Origin: a virus
Length of the DNA: 64,000 nucleotides
IMG/VR virus record: IMGVR_UViG_3300042691_030776
Direction: 5' to 3' (one strand)
Under the pieces are notes generated by a model. That model made no database searches, was not told the DNA's origin, and was given only the letters and a program-made list of their open reading frames with translations. The stretch's first letter is position 1; every line of letters begins with the position of its first letter. Below, piece after piece: positions 44,148-53,344 of this stretch. Both the position numbers and the translations under genes were made by a program.

Positions 44148-45047
44148 CTATTCTTCAGAGCTGTTTGCAACCGCTTCGGCTGTTTTGTTATGGCTTTCTG
44201 AAAACTGGCGTGTCCACGACGGATTGAGGCCGTTCATCTCAAGTATGTCGTCACGGATGTTCTGCATTTTCTTTTCAATGTTTAATACTCTAGTAAACGA
44301 GTTTGTGATGGCCGCTGTGTAGTAAGCAAACGGGTTCTGCGACTTGGATTCGTCAAACTGCAGGCCGATCTGGCTGAGTTGTAGCAGGGCTTGCCCCCGC
44401 ATTTCTTCGTTGTATGTGTAGCCTCGCCAGTTACTCCTTGTGGCATATCTTTCGCAGAGTTTGATAAACATCGTGGCCAGTTTATTGGTCATTTTGCCAT
44501 GATCTCTGCAGAACTCACCACCATCTAAGGTACCTCGCCAGTGCGATTTACCTACCACAAAAGGCTGTTTATTTTCGTCTAAACGATAGTGCCAAAACGG
44601 TGGAAAGTTCAAACGCACATGATTCATATCCAGCACAGGTACTTCAACTAACTCATCTAACTCGCTGGTTTCGTCATCTTCCAGCGCCAACAACTCGTCT
44701 AACTTCTGCTTTTTGGCCTGTGCTTTGGTGGGTTTTTTGGGTGCTTTGGGTATGTGATCCCAACAAGTAATCCGGAAAACAAGTTCTGTATGTGAGATTT
44801 TTTTCTCATTGACCACTTCGCCAGTTTCACGTTTGATGCGATCTGCACGGTTCCTGCGAGCTTCGGCGATGGTTCGCTGATTGATCTTACTCAAACTAGG
44901 CAAGATTATGTCATACTGATGATCTGCGACAGGATCAAGATATGTGCAGTATGTGTTCTTGCTGAGATGTATTTCTTTGAGGATATCTCTGTTGTTGAGA
45001 TAGTTTACTTTTTTTGCTGGTGCTGGACCAAGTGATGCTGTAGCCAA
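44148..45047 (-). CDS. gp55: late-transcription sigma factor (gp55-like)
   Basis: NYLNNRD, CERYATRSNWRGYTYNEEM, QFDESKSQNPFAYYT and NSFTRVLNIEKK motifs; probable TTG start at 45047 with SD AGGAG. Confidence 0.85.
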   Translation of the reverse strand: MATASLGPAPAKKVNYLNNRDILKEIHLSKNTYCTYLDPVADHQYDIILPSLSKINQRTIAEARRNRADRIKRETGEVVNEKKISHTELVFRITCWDHIPKAPKKPTKAQAKKQKLDELLALEDDETSELDELVEVPVLDMNHVRLNFPPFWHYRLDENKQPFVVGKSHWRGTLDGGEFCRDHGKMTNKLATMFIKLCERYATRSNWRGYTYNEEMRGQALLQLSQIGLQFDESKSQNPFAYYTAAITNSFTRVLNIEKKMQNIRDDILEMNGLNPSWTRQFSESHNKTAEAVANSSEE

Positions 45048-45071
45048 GATGTGCTCTCCTATATTGTAGTT

Positions 45072-45099
45072 ATTATACAACACTTCTGACCTTTGTCAA
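45072..45099 (-). promoter_or_regulatory. sigma70-type promoter for the gp55-gp47-gp46 operon
   Basis: TTGACA-N16-TATAAT with perfect hexamers. Confidence 0.8.
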
Positions 45100-45135
45100 A
45101 CCTTTTCCGCGATTAACTTAGCCGTTTTTGTTTCC

Positions 45136-45143
45136 GGTAAATA
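45136..45143 (+). promoter_or_regulatory. late promoter GGTAAATA for the baseplate operon
   Basis: motif, then SD AGGA and the ATG at 45160. Confidence 0.65.
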
Positions 45144-45159
45144 CACCATAGGAATCAAC

Positions 45160-47256
45160 ATGGCCACAGTAAATCAATCTCTCGATCGCGCCCAACAGGA
45201 AGTGGATGTCACGAAAAGTGCATCTATAGCTGCCAAGGCCGATTACGAAACCGCACAGGATCGGGCCGATCAGCTGGTAGCCGAGACACGGGCGCTGTTA
45301 CAAGAGTATGACAATGCGAATGCAGCCGCAACGACCCCAAGTGAAAAAGCCGCCGCTCGTGCATTACTTGATCTGGCAGGTGCCAAAAGCAGTGAATCTC
45401 GTCAAGCTAGTAACCGAGCTACCGAACTGCAAAATCAATATTTTCAGGCCAATCGTGCATACTCTGCCGCCACACAGAATTACAACTCTGTATACTCACA
45501 AAGCAATGGTGCAGGTGGGTCAGCACCACAGGCGCTGGATGGATCTCCGCTGGCCGCCCCATCGACCACAGGCCTCAGTCCTAGTCCACAGACAGCCACT
45601 GGCCAAGTCGCAGGAGTTCCTACAGGTCAGGTCATTTCAGAAACAATCATCCAGACAGACATTGATCTTCCACCATTTGAGTTTGATGCTGAAGGTCGTC
45701 CAATAGTACAAACATTTGCGGTACGTCCTCAGCCAGTGATTGAAGTCAGACCTCTTGATTCACCTACCCCTGCAGTGATCAGGGCAGGCACAACTCCTCC
45801 TGTGGTGGCACAGCCTTTTGGTGCTGGTCCGCCTGATACTAGTCTATTGATCAACCCAGTACCGCCACCACCGCCGCTGGTTACTGCTCCGTCCGCGGTC
45901 AATGATCCACCAGATCCAGCCGCCGCTGCCGCAGAAAGATCTGAAGCGTCGGGTTCAGAGTCTGTAAATCGTTTTGTGTACAATGAACAAGGCGAATTAG
46001 TTCCAGCTGACAATCCCTACGCTATACAGTTAGCCCGAGAACAAGAACAACGTATTGTTACTCCTCCGGTTCCTGTGCCATCTGCGGCACCAGTGGGCGG
46101 CGATTATGTAGCTTCTTACAACGTAGAAACAGGCAAGTTTGACGTGGTGGATTTAGCCACAGGTCAAACTATAAGATCTGGACTTACAGAACAAGCAGCC
46201 ACGCTAGACGCACAAAATCTTTCTGTGGGCGATCCTGGTTATGGAGGTCTTGCCGCACGTAACTTTGGTGTGGCCTACGATGAAGATGGTTTCTTATTGC
46301 CTGGGTATACCTTAGACGAAAACAATGATCCGGTGTATGTTGGCGGCGACTTTGTTGAACCGGCTACTGCGGCATCAGCAGAAGCCAGCCGCATACAAGC
46401 ACTCAAGCAACAAGCACAACAACAGGCCACGGTATCCGCACAACGCAAAGCCGCTGGCAAGGCCGCTGGCGATGGAGACTGGCGTGTGCGTTTGAGACTT
46501 GCGCCCAACGCCACGTATTTGTATAAAACTCCTGGCATTGGCTCTGCTGGTATCATGGAACCGCTGAGAGAAACCGACGGTGTTGTTTTTCCATACACTC
46601 CCAAGATTGACATGACATACTCTGCGGAATACAATCCCTATGATCTAGTGCATTCAAACTATCGTGGATATTTCTACAAAGGTAGTAAAGTTGGGGAAAT
46701 AGTCATGAACGCAGACTTCACAGCTCAAGATTCCAAAGAGGCCGACTACCTATTGGCAGTGATACATTTCTTGCGTAGTGCTACTAAAATGTTTTATGGT
46801 CAAGATAAACAGAGAGGAACACCACCTCCGCTGGTATTCTTAAGTGGCCTCGGGGAGTTCCAGTTCAATGAGCATCCTTGCGTGATTGGGCAGTTTAACT
46901 ACAACCTGCCTGCTGATGTGGATTATATTCGAGCACGAGGACGACAGTCTACTTCTGCAGGTGTCACACAAGGTGGCAACGGCTTGATGTTCCGTAGAAC
47001 ATTGGCCAGCTCTACAGCACCTAGTTATAGTCTCAGCAGTATATGGTCAAGGCTCACAGGGGCAAACTTACCACAAGGTGGCATGAACATTCCACCTGCA
47101 CCTCCTAATCTTGGGTTGAACTCGCCCACCTACGTGCCTACTAAAATATCATTGTCATTGACTCTGTTGCCAATGCCCACACGCAGCCAGGTTAGCCAGC
47201 AGTTCAGCCTGGAAAAATTCGCCAATGGTAACTTATTAAGAGGAGGATTCTGGTAA
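45160..47256 (+). CDS. baseplate tube-initiator-like protein (gp48/gp54-type C-terminal domain) with a long low-complexity N-terminus
   Basis: C-terminal DWRVRL, FPYTP, HSNY, FTAQD, HFLRSATKMFYG, PPP and VDYI motifs; precedes the gp53-like gene. Confidence 0.6.
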   Translation: MATVNQSLDRAQQEVDVTKSASIAAKADYETAQDRADQLVAETRALLQEYDNANAAATTPSEKAAARALLDLAGAKSSESRQASNRATELQNQYFQANRAYSAATQNYNSVYSQSNGAGGSAPQALDGSPLAAPSTTGLSPSPQTATGQVAGVPTGQVISETIIQTDIDLPPFEFDAEGRPIVQTFAVRPQPVIEVRPLDSPTPAVIRAGTTPPVVAQPFGAGPPDTSLLINPVPPPPPLVTAPSAVNDPPDPAAAAAERSEASGSESVNRFVYNEQGELVPADNPYAIQLAREQEQRIVTPPVPVPSAAPVGGDYVASYNVETGKFDVVDLATGQTIRSGLTEQAATLDAQNLSVGDPGYGGLAARNFGVAYDEDGFLLPGYTLDENNDPVYVGGDFVEPATAASAEASRIQALKQQAQQQATVSAQRKAAGKAAGDGDWRVRLRLAPNATYLYKTPGIGSAGIMEPLRETDGVVFPYTPKIDMTYSAEYNPYDLVHSNYRGYFYKGSKVGEIVMNADFTAQDSKEADYLLAVIHFLRSATKMFYGQDKQRGTPPPLVFLSGLGEFQFNEHPCVIGQFNYNLPADVDYIRARGRQSTSAGVTQGGNGLMFRRTLASSTAPSYSLSSIWSRLTGANLPQGGMNIPPAPPNLGLNSPTYVPTKISLSLTLLPMPTRSQVSQQFSLEKFANGNLLRGGFW

Positions 47257-47558
47257 TGGCTATCTACGCGGCAACCAGTTCGTATTATGCTACACCCACG
47301 ATAAATGGGATATATCTTGGGTTCATGATCAATAGACCCATACCCAAGCAGGCCGACGATCTGGTGTTCAAGATCAATCAAACCTATAACCTGCGCCCTG
47401 ATCTCTTGGCCTATGACCTCTATGGAGATGCCACACTATGGTGGGTGTTTGCCCAACGCAATCCCAATGCTCTACCAGATCCCTTGGGAGATTTCAGAGA
47501 AGGTGTACAGATCTATATTCCAAAACTAGACACTCTTCGATCTGCCTTGGGATTTTAA
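47256..47558 (+). CDS. baseplate wedge protein with LysM-like fold (gp53-like)
   Basis: RPDLLAYDLYGDATLWWVFAQRN...IYIP. Confidence 0.85.
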   Translation: MAIYAATSSYYATPTINGIYLGFMINRPIPKQADDLVFKINQTYNLRPDLLAYDLYGDATLWWVFAQRNPNALPDPLGDFREGVQIYIPKLDTLRSALGF

Positions 47559-47561
47559 TCT

Positions 47562-50500
47562 ATGGCCATAAACTTCTTTTTAAGCTCAAAAGCCGCTGAA
47601 AGATTTTTAAATCAAGCTGAAAAACAACTTGATACCGCACGTCGGGTCAACGGTGAGTTGGCCGCGGCAGTGGCCACACGCAATGTTCAACGATCTGAAA
47701 ATCTTTACGGTCAAGTAAACAACTTTCTTGGCCTGGCAACCACCAACAACAATTCAGCCAAGAGAGAAATCAGTGACATGGCTCGAGATGCTGTGATAGA
47801 ACCAGAAAGAGAACTGGTACAAGTATACACAGCACGGACCAAAGATATAGACACAGGAATCAACGGTGTTAGACTGTCGTCTACCCAACTCATCACTGAA
47901 CTTGGTCAGGCTAGATACAACGAACAAAACAACGCACCTCGACCTGCTGTGACTTCGTCGGGCGCCGATGCCATTGAAGCACAACGAGCAGCCGACGACG
48001 ACGCTCGCGCTCAAAATCCTCCAGCACCGTTGCAAACTTTCAATGACGAAGGTGAACTCATTGACGTGCCAGAAAATGTTTCAGAAGATACCAACGCTGA
48101 TCAACCAAGATTGTTGGGTGGTCCTGAAGATATAGGCAATGACGATGGATCTGCTGTTGTTGGCGCAAATCGTCCAACAGTGATTTTAGCCAGATCTCAA
48201 GGTGCTGGTGCTCCAGGAGCACCGTCAGATGATCAACGATCACAACCAGGCGCGGTGTCTGGATCAGGCATAGCCGAAGGCGGTCGTCCAGCAATCGCTC
48301 CTGAGTTTTTAGCACCAATCATTCCTACCCCGAACCCACTGGCCAAGTTAGCTTCAATGAACTACGCTGTCAGCATTTATTTGTTGAACATCGAAGAATA
48401 CAAAAGAATGCTGATCGCTCAGAAGAAAGTGTTGCCTACCCAACAGTTGATCATCCAAAGCGGAGGTATCGATCAAGGTGCAGGATTTGGCATAGGACAA
48501 CGCAACAAGTATTTTGATGTTGACTTTTACCTTGACAACATCAATATCGATAGCTCGATTGGTACCCAAGGTGGCACACGGGCACACAACGCACTGACAT
48601 TAAACTTTACTGTCACTGAGCCCACTGGTATTACTTTTATACAACGCTTGAGAAAAGCTGTGCGAGAACACCAAAATATTGGTACTTCTACAGTGAGTGA
48701 AGCCAATCAAAACTTTCTCATGGTCATAAGATTTTACGGATATGATGCCAACGGACAAATGGTCAATGGTAGCCAGTTGGGCATAAAAGAAGTTGGCAGC
48801 GACAACAATGCTGTGATTGAAAAATGGATACCTTTCCAGATCGCTGACATCAGATATAAGTTAGCAAACAAAGTAATAGAATACGTGGTCACAGCCACAG
48901 TTCCACAGACAGCCGTGGGCTTCAGTCAGATGTATGCTACCATACCTTTTGATTTTGAACTACAAGCTCCTGATGTAGCCACCTTGCTCAATGGCAAGAC
49001 TGTATTGTCCAGGACCAATACTGCCAACAATGAAGATCTAGCACGAGATCAAGAAGGATCCAGCAATCCTCCGCCCAACGCTACTCCTATTTCTGCTCTC
49101 AAGCAGTATACCAATGGGTTGGCCCAAGCCCTCAATGAACATCAAAAAAATCTGGTCGATACTAGACAACAACAAAGAGCTGATCAATACGAAATCGTGA
49201 TAGCCAATGTCAAAGGACTCAGTGATGCCAAGATAGCTCGTCCTGGGCGACAAGACAAACAGCGCACAGCAACTCCCCCGCCGACCACGGCCAACCAGGC
49301 TTTGAATCCTCAAACCAGTAGCTACAACAATAATTCAAAAACATGGAGCGTCACACGAGGAACGCAGATTGTGCAGTTGATCGATCTTGTGATAAGAAAC
49401 AGCACTTATATCACAAGCCAACAAAATGTCATATTTGACGAACAGACAAAACAACCAAAAGCACAGACTCCTGTGGCCACGGTGCAGTGGTTTCGCATAG
49501 GGTGCCAAGTGACCCCATTGGAATATGACAACATACGTCGAAATCTGTCGTATAAGATCGTGTACACGGTTTCTCCGTATCAAATCAATGATCCCAGAGT
49601 GGCAGTATTTCCTCCTGCTAGATTCAGAGGAACGCACAAAGTTTATAACTACTGGTTCACTGGCGAAAACGCTGAAGTACTAGACCTAGACATACAAGTA
49701 GACTACAACTATACCACGACTTTCTCTAACTTCCAAGGAGGCGTGCCATTTGCTGATTGGACTTCAAGCTCGCGCATCTACGAAAAGCGAGCATTCCAAA
49801 ACAAACCCAACTCTGAAGGCACCGGCGGCACAGGAGATACTACTACCCCAGCGGCACAGTTGGCTGAGAGACTGTACAATGATGCCGATATACAAAAAGC
49901 CTCGCTGACTATCATAGGCGATCCAGATTGGGTACAACAAAGCGAAGTATTTTATAACGATCCAAAATCAATCAATCTTAGCCCGTTTATGCCCGATGGA
50001 TCTGTGAATACCGCGGCCAGTGAAGTCTTATACGAAATAAAGTTTAATCCTGTGAATGATTATAATCTCAGCAGTGGTCTTGCGGCCATTAACTCCAATG
50101 GCGGCCTCTATGGGCAGACCACTGCTGACATAGCACTAGAGCCGCAGAGCACAGTATTCAATGCTCTTTTGGTCAAAAGTAACTTCAGACAAGGAAAATT
50201 TACACAGCGATTAATAGGTGCTGTACGATACTTTAATCCAGCCACTGCCACAGGTCAAGTCCAAGCACAAGGTTCCACAGTAACCAGAGTCAACGCAGAA
50301 CAAAACGCATCGGCCGATGGCATTCGTGGACAACAAGCCGATGTTCGCAGAGTGGACAACCAGATCGCTGCCAACGAAACCGCGGCTGCCCGTGCAAGAT
50401 TTCTCAACGGCGCATTGCCCGCTCCCACAGACTGGGCAGATCCCTATGGAACCAGCGACGCCGCCGCCATCATAGCCGCACAAGCAGGTCCGCCGTCGGT

Positions 50501-50564
50501 CAAACCTGGATCATCAACTCCCAACGATGATGAAGCATCGGCTTTTAGTCCGTTCCAGGCATGA
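47562..50564 (+). CDS. baseplate hub protein (gp27-like) with extensions
   Basis: 1000 aa; lies between gp53-like and gp5-like genes; FTVTEPTG, LTIIGDPDW and SNFRQGKFTQRL motifs. Confidence 0.6.
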   Translation: MAINFFLSSKAAERFLNQAEKQLDTARRVNGELAAAVATRNVQRSENLYGQVNNFLGLATTNNNSAKREISDMARDAVIEPERELVQVYTARTKDIDTGINGVRLSSTQLITELGQARYNEQNNAPRPAVTSSGADAIEAQRAADDDARAQNPPAPLQTFNDEGELIDVPENVSEDTNADQPRLLGGPEDIGNDDGSAVVGANRPTVILARSQGAGAPGAPSDDQRSQPGAVSGSGIAEGGRPAIAPEFLAPIIPTPNPLAKLASMNYAVSIYLLNIEEYKRMLIAQKKVLPTQQLIIQSGGIDQGAGFGIGQRNKYFDVDFYLDNINIDSSIGTQGGTRAHNALTLNFTVTEPTGITFIQRLRKAVREHQNIGTSTVSEANQNFLMVIRFYGYDANGQMVNGSQLGIKEVGSDNNAVIEKWIPFQIADIRYKLANKVIEYVVTATVPQTAVGFSQMYATIPFDFELQAPDVATLLNGKTVLSRTNTANNEDLARDQEGSSNPPPNATPISALKQYTNGLAQALNEHQKNLVDTRQQQRADQYEIVIANVKGLSDAKIARPGRQDKQRTATPPPTTANQALNPQTSSYNNNSKTWSVTRGTQIVQLIDLVIRNSTYITSQQNVIFDEQTKQPKAQTPVATVQWFRIGCQVTPLEYDNIRRNLSYKIVYTVSPYQINDPRVAVFPPARFRGTHKVYNYWFTGENAEVLDLDIQVDYNYTTTFSNFQGGVPFADWTSSSRIYEKRAFQNKPNSEGTGGTGDTTTPAAQLAERLYNDADIQKASLTIIGDPDWVQQSEVFYNDPKSINLSPFMPDGSVNTAASEVLYEIKFNPVNDYNLSSGLAAINSNGGLYGQTTADIALEPQSTVFNALLVKSNFRQGKFTQRLIGAVRYFNPATATGQVQAQGSTVTRVNAEQNASADGIRGQQADVRRVDNQIAANETAAARARFLNGALPAPTDWADPYGTSDAAAIIAAQAGPPSVKPGSSTPNDDEASAFSPFQA

Positions 50565-50583
50565 CCTTAATAAGTAGAAAACC

Positions 50584-52914
50584 ATGGCAAATAATATGCA
50601 ACGCTCATCGGGTATACCCGGTGGTTATAGATTAGATCGAGGAAATGCACCCACACAAGTGGGTATGTACATTGGCGAAGTGCGCCAGGTACTTGACAGC
50701 ACTCGTAGTGGACAAGTCAAAGTTTGGATCGAAGACTTTGCCGGCCCTGACAAAACCAATCCAGATCTCTGGCGTCCTGTGAGTCCTGTGAGTCCATTTT
50801 ATGGGACCACGAATCCGCCCGCTGATCAACAAACAGGCGAAGGTAGCTATGTACTTAACAAGCAGAGCTACGGTATGTGGTTCACGCCTCCCGACATTGG
50901 CACACAACTGATATGCTTTTTTGCTTCTGGTGACTCTAACTATGGTTATTATCTTGGAGCAGTGGTCGAGCCCGGCGTCAACCATATGTTACCAGCCATT
51001 GGTGCGTCGCGCAACTTTAAACTAGACAACAGCGCACAGCAACCCTATTTCAATGGCGCCAAACAACTGCCAGTGGTTGAGCTCAACATCAACAATCAAC
51101 AGATTGCAGAAAACCCCAAATTTTACGACAGCAAAAAACCAGTACACTCTGTTGTTGCCGCTGTGATGTTACAGCAAGGCTTGATCAAAGATCCCATACG
51201 AGGTCCCATCAACTCTAACGCCCAACGAGAAAGCCCCAGCACAGTATATGGCATCAGCACTCCTGGCAGACCTATATACCTTGGAGGTATGACCGATGCT
51301 GACGTACTGCAACGAGCACAGTCAGGCAGTTTAAATCCTCAAGATGCCACAATAGTCGCACGTCGTGGCGGACATTCTTTTGTCATGGATGATGGTGATA
51401 TTTCTGGCAACGATGCCTTGGTACGATTGCGTACATCCAAAGGCCATCAGATCACAATGAGTGATTCGGGAGATTGCTTCTTTATCATACACGCCAATGG
51501 TCAAACATGGTTGGAGTTTGGTAACCAAGGTACTGTGGATATCTATTCGACCAACTCTATCAATCTGCGCAGTAACGGTGACATCAACTTGCATGCCGAC
51601 CGCAACATCAATATGAATGCCAAAGGGGTGATCAATGTCAAAGGCGAAAGAGCTATTGCTCTAGAGAGTGAATTGATCACTGCCAAATCATCCAAGGCCA
51701 TGTTGTTGTACAGCAAAGAATATGTGGGCATCAAGAGCGATGGAACATTGAGCCTTAAATCTGATAAATCAGGAACCTGGGATGCTGGTAGCAACATGGT
51801 ACTCAGTGCTGGTTGTATTTCTCTCAATGGCGGTGATGCGCCTGACGTACCCAAACCTGGCGATATACTCAAACAAAGTTTGCCCGACGTCAAGTTTGAA
51901 CAAAACCGAGGCTGGGTGGTGCAAAATGGAGCATTGACATCAATCGTTACTCGAGCACCCACACATCAACCTTATCCTTTGGCCAATCGTGGTATCAACA
52001 ATCAAACTGATCTACAAGCATCCACAGCACCAGTGGCTGTGTCAGGAGAAATCAACACCAAGTATGCAGAGATACAAGATGTAGATTTTAATCCAATACA
52101 GGCCGAAGACTATGAAGTACAACAGCCAGCCACAAGAAGCATAGGTTCGATTGAGCCTGATCAAGTCACAGGTATGTTGGCACAAACCAGGCTAGACTCT
52201 GGCCAAGATTCCACTGATCTCAGTGAGGAAGGACTTGGAGAATACAAGTTAACACCAGCACAGTTGGAAGCCGCAGGATATCTCAAACCAGGCACAGTTG
52301 AGTTTTATTTGAGCGATGGTACAGCCACCGCCGTAGACGTGTTGACCAGTCCGTCGGTGTGGACCGGGCAATCAGGGGTCAGCAATGTGTCTGCTTTGTT
52401 GTCAGATCGTAACTTACAAGCACAGGTACAAACAGATCTTTATTCACAATCATTGCAACGACTCAGATCTGCAGGAGTAGTAACTGGTGGCGAAGATCCT
52501 GCAAAACTGGCTGGTATTGTGCAGGCCGGATCTAAATATGGAGCAGAAACAGTCAAACAGTGGATACAAGGAAAACTGGGAGATTCAAACAAAAACTCTG
52601 AGATCAACAAACTGGTTCGTGGAGCCCAGTATGCAGTGGATCTTGCCAACCAAAAAATCAGTGACGCCCTCAAAGGCTACAGCACCACAGGTATAGGATC
52701 TACTTCTACTGTAAATCGCAGTGGAATAGATTCCGCAGTCACGTCGGTGATCGGAGATGCTAAAATCACCACTCCCAACTACACCACTCCGTTTACCATA
52801 TATTCCAATGTAACTGATGCGGATCTAACTTATTCCGGAGACGACCCCATTGTGTTAGCCAACATAAATGCTGAACGTCGCCGCCGCGGTCTTCCTCCCA
52901 TACAAACGGCTTAA
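50584..52914 (+). CDS. baseplate central spike (gp5/VgrG-like) with an extra C-terminal domain
   Basis: OB-fold SYGMWFTPPDIG, GHSFVMDDG, GHQITMSD and beta-helix repeats; ATG 7 nt after TAAGTA (50571-50576). Confidence 0.8.
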   Translation: MANNMQRSSGIPGGYRLDRGNAPTQVGMYIGEVRQVLDSTRSGQVKVWIEDFAGPDKTNPDLWRPVSPVSPFYGTTNPPADQQTGEGSYVLNKQSYGMWFTPPDIGTQLICFFASGDSNYGYYLGAVVEPGVNHMLPAIGASRNFKLDNSAQQPYFNGAKQLPVVELNINNQQIAENPKFYDSKKPVHSVVAAVMLQQGLIKDPIRGPINSNAQRESPSTVYGISTPGRPIYLGGMTDADVLQRAQSGSLNPQDATIVARRGGHSFVMDDGDISGNDALVRLRTSKGHQITMSDSGDCFFIIHANGQTWLEFGNQGTVDIYSTNSINLRSNGDINLHADRNINMNAKGVINVKGERAIALESELITAKSSKAMLLYSKEYVGIKSDGTLSLKSDKSGTWDAGSNMVLSAGCISLNGGDAPDVPKPGDILKQSLPDVKFEQNRGWVVQNGALTSIVTRAPTHQPYPLANRGINNQTDLQASTAPVAVSGEINTKYAEIQDVDFNPIQAEDYEVQQPATRSIGSIEPDQVTGMLAQTRLDSGQDSTDLSEEGLGEYKLTPAQLEAAGYLKPGTVEFYLSDGTATAVDVLTSPSVWTGQSGVSNVSALLSDRNLQAQVQTDLYSQSLQRLRSAGVVTGGEDPAKLAGIVQAGSKYGAETVKQWIQGKLGDSNKNSEINKLVRGAQYAVDLANQKISDALKGYSTTGIGSTSTVNRSGIDSAVTSVIGDAKITTPNYTTPFTIYSNVTDADLTYSGDDPIVLANINAERRRRGLPPIQTA

Positions 52915-52924
52915 ATACTAGACC

Positions 52925-53299
52925 ATGGCTACATTTATTGGATTCAACACCATCGATCAGTACAAGAAGTTCACACTTGTGGACTTCCAGTTGATTAAGC
53001 GCGACTTGCTGAACTATTTCAATATACGACAAGGTGAAAAAGTTGGTAGGCCCGAAGTAGGTACTACAATGTGGAACTTGGTATTTGAACCACAAACAGA
53101 ACAAACAGCCTCACTAATAGTACAGGAAATGCAACGCATCGTGGGACAAGATCCAAGGATTTATCTATCCAGTGCCGAAGCCTACCCACAGGTCAACGGC
53201 ATTCTCGTTGAGTTAGAAATACAAACAGTGCAGGGACAAACTGCTGAACTGCTGAGTGTATTCTTTGATCAACAGACTCGCACCGCCAGTTACATCTAA
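52925..53299 (+). CDS. gp25: baseplate wedge subunit (gp25-like)
   Basis: LIKRDLLNYFNIRQGEKVGRPEVGT..W..VFEP and DPR motifs; ATG 7 nt after TAAATA (52912-52917). Confidence 0.88.
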   Translation: MATFIGFNTIDQYKKFTLVDFQLIKRDLLNYFNIRQGEKVGRPEVGTTMWNLVFEPQTEQTASLIVQEMQRIVGQDPRIYLSSAEAYPQVNGILVELEIQTVQGQTAELLSVFFDQQTRTASYI

Positions 53300-53344
53300 A
53301 TCTGAGCCGTTTATTCAAACCATAAATACTTCACGGAAGGTATT

